Origin: Oceanispirochaeta sp. | GTDB taxonomy: Bacteria; Spirochaetota; Spirochaetia; DSM-2461 | Length of the DNA: 64,000 nucleotides | NCBI GenBank assembly: GCA_963666275.2 | Contig: CAXXOA010000002.1 | Span: forward strand, 2,176,001-2,240,000 | Direction: 5' to 3' | In this document: positions 9,826-19,975 of the stretch, piece by piece | Layout of the letters: every line of letters starts with the position of its first letter | Numbering within the stretch: the first letter of the stretch is position 1 | Notes under the pieces: model-generated | What the model saw: only the letters and a program-made list of their open reading frames with translations | Told to the model about the DNA's origin: nothing | The model's database searches: none | Translations under genes and position numbers: made by a program

Positions 9826-10774
9826 ATTTCACATTTTTCGGATTCCCCGCCGCCCAGCTGAGGATATTATCCACCACAATATCGGCTCTTCTCAGAAAAG
9901 CTTCCTTTGTGGCAAAGGCTATATGGGGAGTCACCACTACATTTTCCAGCTTCAGCACCTGCTCGATCTCTTTGTCCAGAGGAGGTTCTGTGGCAAACAC
10001 ATCCAGACCGGCTCCGGCGATCCGACCGGTTTTAAGAGCATTCTCCAGAGCAATCGCATTGACTACAGGGCCCCGGGCGCAGTTGATCAGAATAGCAGAG
10101 CTCTTCATCAGGGCCAGTTCTTCCGGTCCGATCAGGTCTTTTGTGCTCTCATTCAGGGGGCAGTGGAGGGTCACTATATCACTGCTTTCCAGAAGTGTTT
10201 TCATGTCGGTCAGTTCAATCTTCAGATCCCCGGGCATGGCCTTTCCCCGGTCCAGGCCGAGAATCCGGCAGTTGAAAGCGCTCAGCAGCCGGGCCACATA
10301 CTGCCCGATTGCCCCCAGTCCAATGATCCCTACAGTTTTTCCGCAAAGATCAAAGCCCACCAGGCCGTCTCTGGTGCCGCCCTTACGGGTGAGGGGATCC
10401 AGACGGGTCATGTTGCGCAGTACATCGATGATCAGCCCGATTGTCAGTTCCGCAACGCTTATGGTGGAATATCCCGAGGCATTGCAGACTGTTATATCTT
10501 TTTCACGGCAGGCCTCCATGGCAACATGGTCCAGCCCGGTGAAGGCGACTGCCAGGAGTTTCAGGTCAGGAAGAGACTGAACAACCTCAGCGGGAAAAGG
10601 GAGGTTTCCTATGACAACCACTTCGGCTCCCGTGCCTCTTCTGATAATTTCCTGAACGTCCTGATTCCTGTCACTAATGAAGACAAGCTCATGTCCTTCC
10701 GCACTCAGTTCTCTTTTCATGGACTCCTGTTTTGCCTGATCGATTCCCAGGGGCTCTATGATATGGATTTTCAT
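9824..10774 (-). CDS. D-isomer-specific 2-hydroxyacid dehydrogenase
   Basis: GIIGLGAIG, LHCP, INCARG, DVFATEP, TPHIAF. Confidence 0.92.
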   Translation of the reverse strand: MKIHIIEPLGIDQAKQESMKRELSAEGHELVFISDRNQDVQEIIRRGTGAEVVVIGNLPFPAEVVQSLPDLKLLAVAFTGLDHVAMEACREKDITVCNASGYSTISVAELTIGLIIDVLRNMTRLDPLTRKGGTRDGLVGFDLCGKTVGIIGLGAIGQYVARLLSAFNCRILGLDRGKAMPGDLKIELTDMKTLLESSDIVTLHCPLNESTKDLIGPEELALMKSSAILINCARGPVVNAIALENALKTGRIAGAGLDVFATEPPLDKEIEQVLKLENVVVTPHIAFATKEAFLRRADIVVDNILSWAAGNPKNVK

Positions 10775-10996
10775 TTGGTAAAACTCCGTTTGATTTTTTA
10801 ATAGTAAATTAGGGGTATGATAAAGCTGTGTGCCTTGTCAGGTCAAGGTGAAGAAGAAACGGGTTTAACAGGAGAAGCAAACAGAGAGGAGGACCTGATA
10901 AATAATTGATTTCAACAGGTCTTTATCAGGGGATATACAACTTCTATAATATTTATCAATCTAATACAATTTTTTATATGAAAGAAGGAGGATTGA

Positions 10997-11896
10997 ATGA
11001 TTATCCTGGATAGGATCCCCATATTCATAGCTGTAGCAGAAGAATTGAGTTTTTCCCGGGCGGCGGAAAGGTTGGGAAGAACTCAATCAGCTGTCAGCCA
11101 GTCTATAGCTCTGTTGGAAGAAGAGCTGGAAACAAAGCTTTTCATTCGGGAAAGCAAACAGATAAGGTTAACTGAGCCAGGTGAAATCCTTTTTAAAGAA
11201 AGTTGTGCTTCCCTGGGGCATATGGAATCTGCTTTGTTGCAGATTTCCGACTGGAGAGGATTGAAACGGGGGACTCTCAGGATCGGTATCAGTCCCACTG
11301 TGGGGAGCTCTCTGCTGCCACCTGTGATTGAAATTTTTTGCAGAAAGTACCAGGGAATTGATCTTCAGGTAATGGAAATCCTCTCTGATAATGCACCTGA
11401 TGCTCTTCATTCCGGGATCATTGATATAGCTTTTGGAATTCTACCGGATAATGCTTCTCATCTGAAACAGATCCTTTTAATGAAAAGACAGAGTGTTCTG
11501 GTTTCCAGGGATAAAATAATTCCTGTAGAAGGGGATACTTATTTTGAAAAAACACTGGGGGATTACCCCTTTATTATTTCAGGGACGGGGATGTTAAGCC
11601 GTAAAACAGCTGATAATCTTTTCTCGCACTGGATAAAAAGACCACGAATATTAATGACCTGCTCCAATCTGGGTATTATCAGAAAAATGATTCTGAAAGG
11701 CCTGGGAGTTGGAATTCTGCCGGAACCTTTCATTGCAGAGGATCTTGCCTGTAAAGATCTTTATGCCATCCCCTTTCAGCAGGAGGGAAAAATTGAGCAT
11801 GCAGGTGTGATCTATTCTCCGGAAAATGAAAAAATTCCAGCAGTGCGAGAATTACTTCAATCTGTGAGGGAGTATTATCAGATAAGCAAAGAGTAA
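10997..11896 (+). CDS. LysR family regulator
   Basis: LSFSRAAERLGRTQSAVSQSIALLEEEL HTH plus substrate domain. Confidence 0.93.
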   Translation: MIILDRIPIFIAVAEELSFSRAAERLGRTQSAVSQSIALLEEELETKLFIRESKQIRLTEPGEILFKESCASLGHMESALLQISDWRGLKRGTLRIGISPTVGSSLLPPVIEIFCRKYQGIDLQVMEILSDNAPDALHSGIIDIAFGILPDNASHLKQILLMKRQSVLVSRDKIIPVEGDTYFEKTLGDYPFIISGTGMLSRKTADNLFSHWIKRPRILMTCSNLGIIRKMILKGLGVGILPEPFIAEDLACKDLYAIPFQQEGKIEHAGVIYSPENEKIPAVRELLQSVREYYQISKE

Positions 11897-12600
11897 AGCA
11901 TTTTAAGCACAAGCCCAGTAATCATAATTCTGATGATGAGATAAAACTTCTTTTCAGAAAGTCTTTGAAGCAGCCTCTGACCAATCCAGTTCCCGATGAT
12001 CACAAAGGGGATAAATATAAGAGCTGTTTTGAAAATATCAGAATTCAGTCTGCCCAGCGAGAGAAATACCCCTAATTTACAGGCATGAGTAAACATCTGG
12101 GAAGCTGATTTTGTTGCAACCAGTCCTTCTTTAGAAAAATAGTCCCTTAGGTAAAATGGCGCTATAATGGGTCCTGATACTCCCAGAAAAAGGGAAATAT
12201 ACCCGGCCATGGAACCGGCAATAGCATAATTTCCTTTCCTGAAAATGGTAATCTGATCATGTCCGATTGGGGGAAGCCACGTGAAAAGAAGAATTCCAAA
12301 AGAAAGAATTATCTGTCCGGATTTAATGGGAACAGCCGGAAGGAAAAATCGTCCTGCAAGGGCTCCGATAAAAGTCCCCGCTGCAAATGTCAGTACCGGA
12401 TAAAAACGTATATGCTTCCAGGCAAAGATGGATCTGCTTGTATTGCTTGTTAGCTGAATAATCCCATGCACAGGCAGAAGGGATGATGGGTCCAGAACAG
12501 ATCCAAGAGTTGCCAGGGCAAGAACACCGCCGCCCATACTGAATGCCCCTGAAAGAATAGCACTGAAAAAAATGAGCGGGATCAGTATTGTCATTTCCAT
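11878..12600 (-). CDS. TauE/SafE (TSUP) family membrane transporter
   Basis: Hydrophobic protein, GAFSMGGG and GVSGP motifs; start chosen at ATG 12600 with GGAGA RBS. Confidence 0.82.
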   Translation of the reverse strand: MEMTILIPLIFFSAILSGAFSMGGGVLALATLGSVLDPSSLLPVHGIIQLTSNTSRSIFAWKHIRFYPVLTFAAGTFIGALAGRFFLPAVPIKSGQIILSFGILLFTWLPPIGHDQITIFRKGNYAIAGSMAGYISLFLGVSGPIIAPFYLRDYFSKEGLVATKSASQMFTHACKLGVFLSLGRLNSDIFKTALIFIPFVIIGNWIGQRLLQRLSEKKFYLIIRIMITGLVLKMLYSLLI

Positions 12601-12918
12601 GATGATTTCTCCATGACTCATTCTGTATGAATTCCAATTGTTAGTAAAATTAATAATTATAATAAAATACATTAGCAGAACTGATTTATAGATATAAAAA
12701 ATCCAAAATCCCTTTTCCTGAATGTCTGAACCACACCGACTTTACCGGAGGCATGTTTTTGTGAAAGTCATGTGTTCCGGGTGAACGCCTCCCATCCATA
12801 AAAAATTCTTCCTCTACAACAGCTTCAAAAAAACACTTTGACCTTCCTACCGTGGGAAGCTTTAAACTGGAATTCAATCTTTATTTTTGAAAGTTTATGA
12901 CCGGAAAAGGAGGGAGGA

Positions 12919-13947
12919 ATGTCAGCGCTGACACCCAGGGAAAACTATATTAAGGCATTGAACCATCAGGTTCCCGACTGGATTCCCAATGCACGACTGG
13001 ATGAGGTTAACTATATTCCCATCGAAATTGCCGAAAGAGCCCCCGGCGACGGGACTCCCTCTCAGGCTCTGGGGGGAACCGGATTTGACTGGTTCGGAGT
13101 TCACTGGGTATTTCAGCCCCATGTGAGGGCAGCCACGGTAAGCCATGAATATCCGCCTCTTCTATCCGATATAACACAGTGGAAAGAGGTTGTTCAGTTC
13201 CCCGATATTGAAGCTATCGACTGGGCGGCTGCGGCAACAAGGGATCAGAATGTATTTGTACCGGAGAAGCTTGCCAATATCACCCTCCTGAACGGTCCCT
13301 TTGAGCGGCTTCATTCTCTTATGGGTATGGCGGAAGCCTGTATGGCACTGGTTCTGGAACCGGAAGCGACGTATGATTTTTTCGGGGCTGTGGTTGACCA
13401 TAAACTGCGGATTATGGAAAAGATTGTCGAGTATTATCCGGTTGATCAGATAGAGCTTCATGACGACTGGGGGCATCAGGAGAATCAGTTTTTTTCAACC
13501 GAGATCTGGGATAGCCTGCTTTCTCCCCATATAAAAAGGATCACTGAGTTCGGAAAAGAAAAGGGGATATTTATCAGGATTCACAGCTGCGGGAAAATTG
13601 AGAATCTCATCCCCTCCATGGTCGAGGCGGGAATAGAGCACTGGACTTCAGCCCAGACAATCAATGATCTTGAGAGTATTATCAGGGAGTACGGTGACAG
13701 GCTCGTATTAACCGGAGGAATGGATATGGCCTCTCTTAAACTGGGACAAATCCCGAGAGAAGAGATGAAGGCACTTGTGAATCAGCAGATTGACAGGTTA
13801 TGTCCCGGCGGAGCTCTTCTGCCCTTTGGAGCGTCTTCTGTTGAGGGACTGAAAGAAGTTGTTAATGAGGTCCTTGCGGAGAAGAAGGACTTTTTTAAGA
13901 AACCGGAAAACAGACGCCTTCCGAAAGCCGTTTTACAGAAGGTCTGA
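12919..13947 (+). CDS. Uroporphyrinogen decarboxylase / MtaA-CmuA methyltransferase family protein
   Basis: DWFGVHW, GPFERL, HDDWG, HSCG, GGMD; strong RBS. Confidence 0.82.
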   Translation: MSALTPRENYIKALNHQVPDWIPNARLDEVNYIPIEIAERAPGDGTPSQALGGTGFDWFGVHWVFQPHVRAATVSHEYPPLLSDITQWKEVVQFPDIEAIDWAAAATRDQNVFVPEKLANITLLNGPFERLHSLMGMAEACMALVLEPEATYDFFGAVVDHKLRIMEKIVEYYPVDQIELHDDWGHQENQFFSTEIWDSLLSPHIKRITEFGKEKGIFIRIHSCGKIENLIPSMVEAGIEHWTSAQTINDLESIIREYGDRLVLTGGMDMASLKLGQIPREEMKALVNQQIDRLCPGGALLPFGASSVEGLKEVVNEVLAEKKDFFKKPENRRLPKAVLQKV

Positions 13948-14187
13948 GAGTTCTACTATTAAATCCATGAGTTTCGGGGGAGTTTATGGCTTCCCCTGAC
14001 ACTTGGCTGTTGAATTATCTGAGCGGTATATTCTCTGTAACAACGACGCCGAATATTGGTGCAAGTCTCCAGTTGTATAATTTCCATGTCCTCTGTCTTT
14101 GGTCAGGTGGCAGATCATCTGATTCCTCCCCATTTCAGAATCATCAAATAACATTTATTCCCCTGCATGTCTACCGGAAGAATAATC

Positions 14188-14239
14188 TTGACAGAGGCCA
14201 TTTATGCTTTTATTATGATGATAGATAATCGATAATCGA
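14188..14239 (+). promoter_or_regulatory. Promoter plus operator copy 1 (GATAATCGATAATCGA)
   Basis: TTGACA(14188)-17-TATTAT(14211); motif at 14224-14239. Confidence 0.75.
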
Positions 14240-14256
14240 AAAAAAATTGAGAGTAG

Positions 14257-15309
14257 ATGATTATGAAAGCAGTTGTTTTATTAGAGCCGAGTCGAATGGA
14301 ATTACAGGAGATCCCAGAGCCTGTCCTGGGATCTGCAGATATAATATGCCGTGTGAAATCCGTTTCAATCTGTGGTACTGATCCTCATATCATCCAGGGG
14401 GAGTTTCCGGGCTTATGGCCTCAATCGTTTCCTTTTGTTCCAGGTCATGAATGGGCAGGAGAAGTGGTTCAAACCGGGCCTTTAGCCGCGTTAAGCGGCT
14501 GGAAGGACGGGGACAGGGTTTGCGGTATAAGTCATGTAGGCTGTGGACTCTGTGATATGTGCCTGGAAGGGCGCTTCAATCTTTGTCTGAATTACGGAAA
14601 GGAAAAAATGGGGCACAGGCAGTACGGACATTACAGCACTGGAGCCTATTCTGAATATATCATGGCCAGCATGAAATCGGTGGCAGCAATTCCTGACGAT
14701 CTGGATTTTGATGTCGCAGCTTGTCTTGACCCGCTCAGTATCTCACTTCATGTTGTCATGAGGTCGGGAATAAAACCCGGGGATAATGTTCTGATAACAG
14801 GCAGCGGGGCACAGGGGCTCATGAGCATCATTTGTGCCCGGGAACTGGGCGCCGGGCGAATTGTTGTTTCCGGCAGCGGATATCGACTGAAGTTTGCTGA
14901 AAAAATAGGCGCCCTGACACTGAATTACAAAGATAAAAATGTATTGAAAGATGCTTTGGATATGACAGAAGGGCGGGGCTTTCAGCGGGTCATCGAGTGT
15001 TCGGGAAGCACCTCGGGTTTTACCATGGCTGTTGATGCTGTGGCAAAAGGGGGAGTTGTTTCCGTCGTCAGTCTGCCGGATGAACCGGTAGAAATCTCTC
15101 TGAGACGCATTGTCCTGGATGAAATAGATATTAGGGGAAACAGGGCAAACCCGAATACGCTCAAGAAGGCCATCTCCATCGCAGTCAGAAACCGTGAGCT
15201 GCTAAGGAGCATGATTACCCATACCTTTCCTCTTTCTGAGTTTGATACCGCTTTTGAGATATTTACAGGCAGAAAGGATAATTCCGTCAAGGTTATATTA
15301 AAACCGTGA
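14257..15309 (+). CDS. Zn-dependent medium-chain (polyol/threonine-DH-like) dehydrogenase
   Basis: ICGTD, GHEW, CGLCDMC...C structural Zn site, GSGAQG. Confidence 0.92.
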   Translation: MIMKAVVLLEPSRMELQEIPEPVLGSADIICRVKSVSICGTDPHIIQGEFPGLWPQSFPFVPGHEWAGEVVQTGPLAALSGWKDGDRVCGISHVGCGLCDMCLEGRFNLCLNYGKEKMGHRQYGHYSTGAYSEYIMASMKSVAAIPDDLDFDVAACLDPLSISLHVVMRSGIKPGDNVLITGSGAQGLMSIICARELGAGRIVVSGSGYRLKFAEKIGALTLNYKDKNVLKDALDMTEGRGFQRVIECSGSTSGFTMAVDAVAKGGVVSVVSLPDEPVEISLRRIVLDEIDIRGNRANPNTLKKAISIAVRNRELLRSMITHTFPLSEFDTAFEIFTGRKDNSVKVILKP

Positions 15310-15347
15310 GGTTAATAAAAATAGAACTGTAACTAAGGAGATTGTTG

Positions 15348-16247
15348 ATGAAAGTTTTTACAGAAGAGCTTCGGTGTGCTGATGCCGCAATAAGAATTGA
15401 TGTTTATGGAGGGCCAGACAGACAGAAAGTGGCCGAAGATTCCACCTTTCTGAATTACAGACTGGCAGCTGTTACAGCTCATTCTGATACAACTAAAGGG
15501 AAACCGGATATTATCTGGAATTATGAACGGCCCAAAAAAGATATTTCCTTTATTGGAGAGCAGCTTATACTCGATGGTTTCTGGGAAGACGGGGAAATTA
15601 ATAAGGTTCTGGTCTCCATGCTGGCAATGGAGCTGAATAAGGTTGAACTTTATCCGATGCATTCTTCAGCTGTGGTTTACCGGGATAAAGGGATCCTCCT
15701 GCTGGGGGGAGAAAATAATCATGGAAAAAGCATGAGCCAGCTTGAGGGTTGTCGAAGAGGGGCTCTGATGTTTTCTACCGAAACTACTGTTATTAATGAG
15801 GATTGCAAAGCAGTTCTGGGATCTAAGAACATCTATGTCAAGAAACGGGCAAAAGGAACAGAACGGTCGGATCTTCCCGATCAGGATGAAGGTGTTGCTA
15901 AATTTTTCAACAAGGAACCGGAATATAAAACTATAGACGGTCCAATATCCATTGACCTTGTAATTATGCCCAGTATTGACGGACACTTTGATACCAAAGT
16001 TCTGCCTATGAATCAGTTTGAGAGTTCCTATCAGAGTTATCACTCACTTATGAACTTCATGGGAATGAATCAGCTCCTTTCCGGTGATGACGGTCTCTCC
16101 ATGCCTATTATCGATACAGATGCAAGGCGAAAAATTAGAGGCAAAATCTGTGCAAAGTTTGCTTCCGGGCGTCCCTATTATCTTATGAGAGCAAAAACTC
16201 CCCAGATTATATTCGATGAAATCGACAAGATCATTGACGGTATGTAG
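15348..16247 (+). CDS. HPr kinase/PEPCK-like P-loop protein of unknown function
   Basis: MHSSAVVYRDKGILLLGGENNHGKS matches the HxxxV..GILxxGxxxxGKS layout of HPrK-like proteins. Confidence 0.6.
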   Translation: MKVFTEELRCADAAIRIDVYGGPDRQKVAEDSTFLNYRLAAVTAHSDTTKGKPDIIWNYERPKKDISFIGEQLILDGFWEDGEINKVLVSMLAMELNKVELYPMHSSAVVYRDKGILLLGGENNHGKSMSQLEGCRRGALMFSTETTVINEDCKAVLGSKNIYVKKRAKGTERSDLPDQDEGVAKFFNKEPEYKTIDGPISIDLVIMPSIDGHFDTKVLPMNQFESSYQSYHSLMNFMGMNQLLSGDDGLSMPIIDTDARRKIRGKICAKFASGRPYYLMRAKTPQIIFDEIDKIIDGM

Positions 16248-16253
16248 GGCTCT

Positions 16254-16820
16254 ATGAAAATAGCTGTAATATCCGATATACATGAAAACTACCATAACCT
16301 TCTGTTATTCCTTGATAGGATAAAAGGGGAGGGAATAGGACATATCCTGTTTCTGGGCGATTTCATCAATGCGGGAATTGCACGAGTACTGGCCAGGTCC
16401 GGCTACCCTGTCTTCGCCGTTTGGGGTAATAATGACGGAGACAGGACAGCTATTCTGACAGAATGTCTGCATAAAGAGAGCGGGATGAAAATTTCCAAAG
16501 AGTGCTATGGGGATATTACCATTGAGAACAGAAGAATCTTTCTGTCCCATTATCCTGATCTGGTTCAGATAGCCTCGTCATCCGGTTTGTTTGATGCTGT
16601 TTTTTTCGGGCACTCCCATCAGGAATTCCTGGATTCATCCGAAACCTGCGTGGTCATGAATCCAGGAGAAATATCAGCACACAAGTTCGGAAATGCCAGC
16701 TTTGGTATCTATGATACTGCCAGTAACAGTGCGGTTCTGTATCAGCTGGATAACTCAATGACAGTGAAAAATGAAAGGGTTGAAAAAGAGTATTTCCGGC
16801 TGGGATTTAATCAGGAATAA
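16254..16820 (+). CDS. Calcineurin-like metallophosphoesterase (YfcE type)
   Basis: ISDIH, LGD, GNND, GHSH, NPGE. Confidence 0.9.
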   Translation: MKIAVISDIHENYHNLLLFLDRIKGEGIGHILFLGDFINAGIARVLARSGYPVFAVWGNNDGDRTAILTECLHKESGMKISKECYGDITIENRRIFLSHYPDLVQIASSSGLFDAVFFGHSHQEFLDSSETCVVMNPGEISAHKFGNASFGIYDTASNSAVLYQLDNSMTVKNERVEKEYFRLGFNQE

Positions 16821-16985
16821 GTTGCGTAAATACCTTTGCTGACAGTACGGTCACTGGTTTGATGTTCTGAAAAATTTTATGTCCTCTGTTTTCCTTTCCC
16901 TCCGGTAGAGAAAGGTCAGAACTGTTCCGGGTTTCATTTTACTGTCTGAATAGCATTCATTTGATTGGGTTCAGGAGGCTTTAAT

Positions 16986-17957
16986 GTGAGGTATATAAAG
17001 TGGATCAGAGATCTGGGTAGAGATGAAACTTTCATAACAGGGGACAAAGCAGCCAGCCTGGGAGTGCTTATTCAGAATGGTTTTAATGTTCCCGGAGGGT
17101 TCTGTATAACCGGTCCGGCATTTGAATATCTGATGAATGAACAGGAACTTATGCCTGAGATTTGCCGCATTATGAAAACGATAGATTTCAAGTGCTATGA
17201 TGATATTGAGGAGAAATCATCAGCCATAAGAAATCTGATCAATTCTGCGGAAATCCCTGAAGATTTGATGGATGAGATCCTAGAGTCTCTCAGGGAGCTA
17301 TCAGATGCGGCAGACTCTGCCTCCTATCTTGCCGTTCGATCTTCAGTCTTTTTTGAAGGCTGCAGCAGGGCGGGTTTTCCCGGAATGATGGATACCTATC
17401 ATTATATCCGAGGACAGGAAAAGATCTTACCGTGCATCAGGCATTGCTGGGCATCTGTTTATACGGCCCGGTCCCTCTTATGGCGGCATCAGCAGGGAAT
17501 TCTGAATAACCATTTTGTAATAGCACCGCTTGTTCAGAATATGATTCACTCTGAAGTATCTGGAATACTTTTAACAGTGAATGCAGTGACCAGCAATAAA
17601 AACGAGATAATAGTTGAAGCCAACTGGGGCCTTGGGGACTCACTTGTTTCGGGGGCGGCAATTGTAGACAATTACATTCTTGGCAGAGATCCACTTGATA
17701 TTAAACAGAAAACGATCATGAAAAAAAATATATATATCACTTTTGACAGAGAGGAGAAACAGGGAAAAAAACAGTACCAGGTTCCATCAGAAATATCGAC
17801 TGTCTGTACTTTGACAGATGAACAGCTTCTTGAGCTGGCTGATGCGGGGATCAGAATAGAGAAGGTCTTTCAGTCCCCACAGAATATTGAATGGGCCTAT
17901 GTGAAGGGAGAACTCTTTCTGCTTCAGGCAGGTAAGATCAAAGCATTGATCTTTTGA
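16986..17957 (+). CDS. Stand-alone PEP synthase/PPDK-type ATP-grasp (nucleotide-binding) domain
   Basis: GDKAASL, VPGGFCIT, AVRSS, CWASVY, VQNMI, EANWGLG, QNIEWA; GTG start 16986 after AGGAGG; no His domain. Confidence 0.9.
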   Translation: MRYIKWIRDLGRDETFITGDKAASLGVLIQNGFNVPGGFCITGPAFEYLMNEQELMPEICRIMKTIDFKCYDDIEEKSSAIRNLINSAEIPEDLMDEILESLRELSDAADSASYLAVRSSVFFEGCSRAGFPGMMDTYHYIRGQEKILPCIRHCWASVYTARSLLWRHQQGILNNHFVIAPLVQNMIHSEVSGILLTVNAVTSNKNEIIVEANWGLGDSLVSGAAIVDNYILGRDPLDIKQKTIMKKNIYITFDREEKQGKKQYQVPSEISTVCTLTDEQLLELADAGIRIEKVFQSPQNIEWAYVKGELFLLQAGKIKALIF

Positions 17958-18105
17958 GGCATGCTCTTTTCCATAGGGATCTTTCTGGGCACTCATGTCA
18001 GAAAATAGTACTTAACAGTTATGCGGAATTGCAGATGATAACTGAAAAGGGGCCTTCGCGCCATCAGGATTGTATGCGGTTTTATTAAGGCAGGGGAGTT
18101 TTTCC

Positions 18106-18156
18106 TTGACATAATAGAAAAGCAATATAACAATAATAGAAAATCGATAATCGATA
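18106..18156 (+). promoter_or_regulatory. Promoter region plus operator copy 2 (GAAAATCGATAATCGA)
   Basis: TTGACA at 18106; motif at 18139-18154 just before the RBS. Confidence 0.7.
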
Positions 18157-18171
18157 CTAAAGGGGGGTTTA

Positions 18172-19866
18172 ATGGATACTTCTAAAGTATTAGCTCAGTA
18201 TCTGGGGGATTCAGCGTTTCCTGTTGAATGGAAGAGTGAAGAAGAGAAGAAGTTATTCTGGTTCTTTGACGATAACCATGTTCCTTTTCCTGTTTCTCCT
18301 ATGTTTTTCAGCCTTGACGGGTGGTGGGGGCCAACTTGTGAATATCTTTTCAAAAGATTTGATGTAGGCTCTGGTGTTAAATGGCACGGGAAAAAAATTA
18401 ACGGTTACGTTTATACAGCCATTGAACCCCGGGCAACGTCTCAGGATGCAGACGAGACTCAGAAATACAACAATATGGTTATGCCTGCCTATGCAACCAA
18501 TTTTCTTGACTGGTGGGATAAAAGGTATCTTCCGGAAGTTCTTAAAAACTTTGAATACATAGATAACTTCGATCATGAAAATGCGACGATTCCCGAACTG
18601 ATGATCTATCTGGAAGAGATGGTAGATATTCAGGAGAGGAACTTCAGACTTCACTGGATTCTGAACTGGGCTCAGTTTCAGGCCTCCATGGGATTCGTCG
18701 GTGCTGTGGGTCAGTATATTGGAGAAGTGGATCAGGACTTTCTGGGCCAGGTTAATGTTTCCAGAGCTGACAAAAACTGGGAAAGCCTCAAAGCTCTGTG
18801 GACACTGAAAGAAGAAATCAAAGCCAGTGCGGAATTGAAATCAATCTTTACCGCACAGACTGATCCTGAAGGTATTGAAAAGGCACTTAATGGCAGTCCT
18901 TCCGGCAAAGCCTTCATGGGCAAGGTCCGGAATTATGCCAGTGAGTTCGGCTATAAGGCTGTGTATACTCATGAATATATCTATCCGCTGTATATAGAAG
19001 ATCAGAAACCTATACTTGATCAGTTAAAAAGTTATCTTGAATCTGATTTTGATTATAACAGCGTCTATGACAAATGCATCAAAGATCAGGATGAAGCGAT
19101 TGCTTATCTGAGAGATAAAATCAAAGACAAAGATCCTGAAACAAAGAAGAAATTTGAAGAGGCTCTGGATCTTAATCTGAAAATGCTTCCTCTGACTCCG
19201 GATCACCATTTCTATTTTGACCAGGGTACTTATGCCAGAATGAGAATGGTCCTTATCAGAGTAGCCAGTAGACTGGTTAAAGAGGGACTGCTGGATGATC
19301 AGGAAGATATCATGCTTCTGGAATATGAACAGCTGAGGCGCTATGTGGCCGATCCCGAAAACTACAATGGACGTCAATTGATTGAGGCTGCCAGGGCTGA
19401 AATGGAAAAGGCTAAAAAAATAACACCCCGTGACTGGGTGGGAACAGCGACGCAATGGAATATGTATGAAGAGCCTTACCATACACTGTGGGGATATCCT
19501 GAAAAATTTGAAAGAGAATCCAGTGAAAAGTGTGAGGGAACTATTCAGGGGCTTCCTGCCAGCCCGGGTGTTGTTGAAGGAACGGCTAAGGTTGTTAAAA
19601 GCCCGGCAGAATTCGAACAGGTCAAGCAGGGGGATATTATTGTCTGTATCATGACAAACCCCGCCTGGGTAGTTGTATTCAGTAAAATTGCCGGTATTGT
19701 CACAGATTCCGGCGGTGTCCTTTCTCATTCGGCGGTCGTTGCCAGAGAATTCGGGATTCCCGCTGTAGTAGGAACCAGTTCGGCAACCAAAGAGATTCAT
19801 ACAGGAGATAAAATCAGGGTCGATGGAAAAACCGGGACTGTTACAATCCTGGAATGCACTGACTGA
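18172..19866 (+). CDS. PEP-utilizing enzyme: helical acceptor-binding domain plus C-terminal phospho-His swivel domain (RPH / phenylphosphate synthase A architecture)
   Basis: GLPASPGVVEG, TNPAW, GGVLSHSAVVAREFGIPAVVG; TPDHHFY in the helical domain; no ATP-grasp. Confidence 0.88.
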   Translation: MDTSKVLAQYLGDSAFPVEWKSEEEKKLFWFFDDNHVPFPVSPMFFSLDGWWGPTCEYLFKRFDVGSGVKWHGKKINGYVYTAIEPRATSQDADETQKYNNMVMPAYATNFLDWWDKRYLPEVLKNFEYIDNFDHENATIPELMIYLEEMVDIQERNFRLHWILNWAQFQASMGFVGAVGQYIGEVDQDFLGQVNVSRADKNWESLKALWTLKEEIKASAELKSIFTAQTDPEGIEKALNGSPSGKAFMGKVRNYASEFGYKAVYTHEYIYPLYIEDQKPILDQLKSYLESDFDYNSVYDKCIKDQDEAIAYLRDKIKDKDPETKKKFEEALDLNLKMLPLTPDHHFYFDQGTYARMRMVLIRVASRLVKEGLLDDQEDIMLLEYEQLRRYVADPENYNGRQLIEAARAEMEKAKKITPRDWVGTATQWNMYEEPYHTLWGYPEKFERESSEKCEGTIQGLPASPGVVEGTAKVVKSPAEFEQVKQGDIIVCIMTNPAWVVVFSKIAGIVTDSGGVLSHSAVVAREFGIPAVVGTSSATKEIHTGDKIRVDGKTGTVTILECTD

Positions 19867-19975
19867 TATTGAAAATCTGCCTGATATGGCGGTGTCTGTA
19901 AGGGCACTGCCTTTTTGCAGCATAAAATTCATAGAATCATAAAATAATTGACTTTAACAGTGAGGATATAAAGCA

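Noticed and set aside
13986..14228. 80-aa ORF upstream of the Zn dehydrogenase
   Set aside because: Overlaps the promoter/operator and has no recognisable features
18172..19866. Rifampin phosphotransferase resistance gene
   Set aside because: Architecture is only partly similar (split, no fused ATP-grasp), and the context is a catabolic regulon
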